Translations under genes and position numbers: made by a program
Part shown: one piece after another, positions 27,251 to 29,471 of the stretch
Layout: every line of letters starts with the position of its first letter
Numbering within the stretch: position 1 is the stretch's first letter
Notes under the pieces: generated by a model
Database searches by the model: none
Seen by the model: the letters and a program-made list of their open reading frames with translations, nothing else
What the model was told of the DNA's origin: nothing
Source: Rhodanobacteraceae bacterium
GTDB taxonomy: Bacteria; Pseudomonadota; Gammaproteobacteria; Xanthomonadales; Rhodanobacteraceae
Direction: 5' to 3'
NCBI GenBank assembly: GCA_050738115.1
Contig: JBOHYX010000001.1
Coordinates: 1 to 29,471 of the forward strand
Length of the DNA stretch: 29,471 bases

Positions 27251-27406
27251 CGGGACTCGGGACTCGGGACTCGGGACTCGGGCAAAGCCCGCGACCCGTA
27301 TTCCCCCGCTTTTGCATGCCTCCGGGACAACCAGTACGTCGGGCGCAATCGACAGCTTGCGGGCTTCTTGCTCTCCCGAGTCCCGAGTCCCGAGTCCCGA
27401 GTCCCG
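27251..27406. repeat. Heptamer-armed element with perfect 32-bp inverted arms, copy in nuoF/nuoG spacer
   Basis: CGGGACTCGGGACTCGGGACTCGGGACTCGGG (27251-27282) and its exact reverse complement (27375-27406). Confidence 0.95.
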
Positions 27407-27410
27407 ATAT

Positions 27411-28724
<1,314 letters not shown>

Positions 28725-28739
28725 GGTTTCTCGCTCTGG

Positions 28740-28807
28740 GTAGGAGCTTGCCCTGCAAGCGACCGAACGTGCCCCACAGCCCCGGTCGCGCGCAGGCGCG
28801 CTCCTAC
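28740..28807. repeat. GTAG-family REP doublet in nuoE/nuoF spacer
   Basis: GTAGGAGCTTGCCCTGCAAGCGAC ... GTCGCGCGCAGGCGCGCTCCTAC. Confidence 0.9.
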
Positions 28808-28816
28808 AGGTTCTTC

Positions 28817-29344
28817 TCATTCCAATCCGTCGAGGATCTCATCGACCTTTTCGTCGGTCAGGTGTTCGTGGTAGTTGCCGTCCACCTGCATGATCGGCGC
28901 GCCGCAGCACGCCGCGAGGCATTCTTCTTCCTTCTTGAGGTACACGCGCCCGTCGGCGGTGCTGTCGCCAAGCTTGATGCCGAGTTTCTTCTCGCAATGC
29001 TCCACGATGCCGTCGGCGCCGTTGAGCCAACAGGAAATGTTGGTGCACACCGACACCTCGTGGCGCCCGACCGGCCGCGTGTTGAGCATCGAATAGAACG
29101 ACGCCACTTCGTACGCGAACACCGGCAGGATGTCGAGATACTTCGCGACCGCGGCCGTAAGCTCGTCGGTCAGGTACCCGTGATTCTGCTCCTGCGCCGC
29201 GACCAGGCCCTGGATCACCGCCGAGCGTTTGCGGTCCGGCGGAAACTTCGCGACCCAATGGTCGATGCGCGCGCGCGTGGCATCGGTCAGCACGACCATC
29301 GGGTCGACGTCCTGGACCTTGTCGTAGTTGTTGGTGGGTTTCAT
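28817..29344 (-). CDS. nuoE: NADH-quinone oxidoreductase subunit E
   Basis: YEVASFYSM, 2Fe-2S ligands CTNISC...CLAAC; ATGA overlap with the nuoD stop. Confidence 0.97.
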   Translation of the reverse strand: MKPTNNYDKVQDVDPMVVLTDATRARIDHWVAKFPPDRKRSAVIQGLVAAQEQNHGYLTDELTAAVAKYLDILPVFAYEVASFYSMLNTRPVGRHEVSVCTNISCWLNGADGIVEHCEKKLGIKLGDSTADGRVYLKKEEECLAACCGAPIMQVDGNYHEHLTDEKVDEILDGLE

Positions 29345-29471
29345 CGATCCACCTCCCCGAACACCAGGTCGTAGGTGCCGATCATCGCCACCACGTCCGG
29401 GATCATGTGCCCACGGGTCAGTTCGTCGATCGAGGACAGGTGCGCGAAGCTCGGTGCGCGGAGGTGTACGC
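29341..29471 (-). CDS. nuoD: NADH-quinone oxidoreductase subunit D, C-terminal fragment (5' part outside the window)
   Basis: Manual translation ...[44 protein letters not shown], the canonical NuoD C-terminus. Confidence 0.95.
   Translation of the reverse strand, partial: VHLRAPSFAHLSSIDELTRGHMIPDVVAMIGTYDLVFGEVDR

Overview
High-GC bacterial window, probably a Xanthomonadales/Rhodanobacteraceae-like gammaproteobacterium (inferred from Nuo protein style and GTAG-type REPs; not proven). The right half (16.7-29.5 kb, minus strand) is the NADH:quinone oxidoreductase operon nuoD(partial)-E-F-G-H-I-J-K-L-M-N. The left half is a stress/DNA-repair-type block: a CheB-CheR-PAS-histidine kinase fusion (truncated by the window edge and absent from the ORF track), two small hypothetical genes, topoisomerase IB divergent from ligD-ku (NHEJ), a secreted hypothetical, an FNT-family channel, a multi-GAF hybrid kinase and an MscS channel. 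Many intergenic spacers carry small palindromic repeats of at least four families, some nested. The most unusual signal: at three nuo junctions opened up by repeat insertions (F/G, I/J, L/M), a stop-free mini-ORF starts in an ATGA overlap with the upstream gene's stop and ends in an ATGA overlap with the downstream gene's start. E/F, K/L and several non-nuo junctions show variants. This suggests 'relay' ORFs that preserve translational coupling across repeat DNA (inference, untested).
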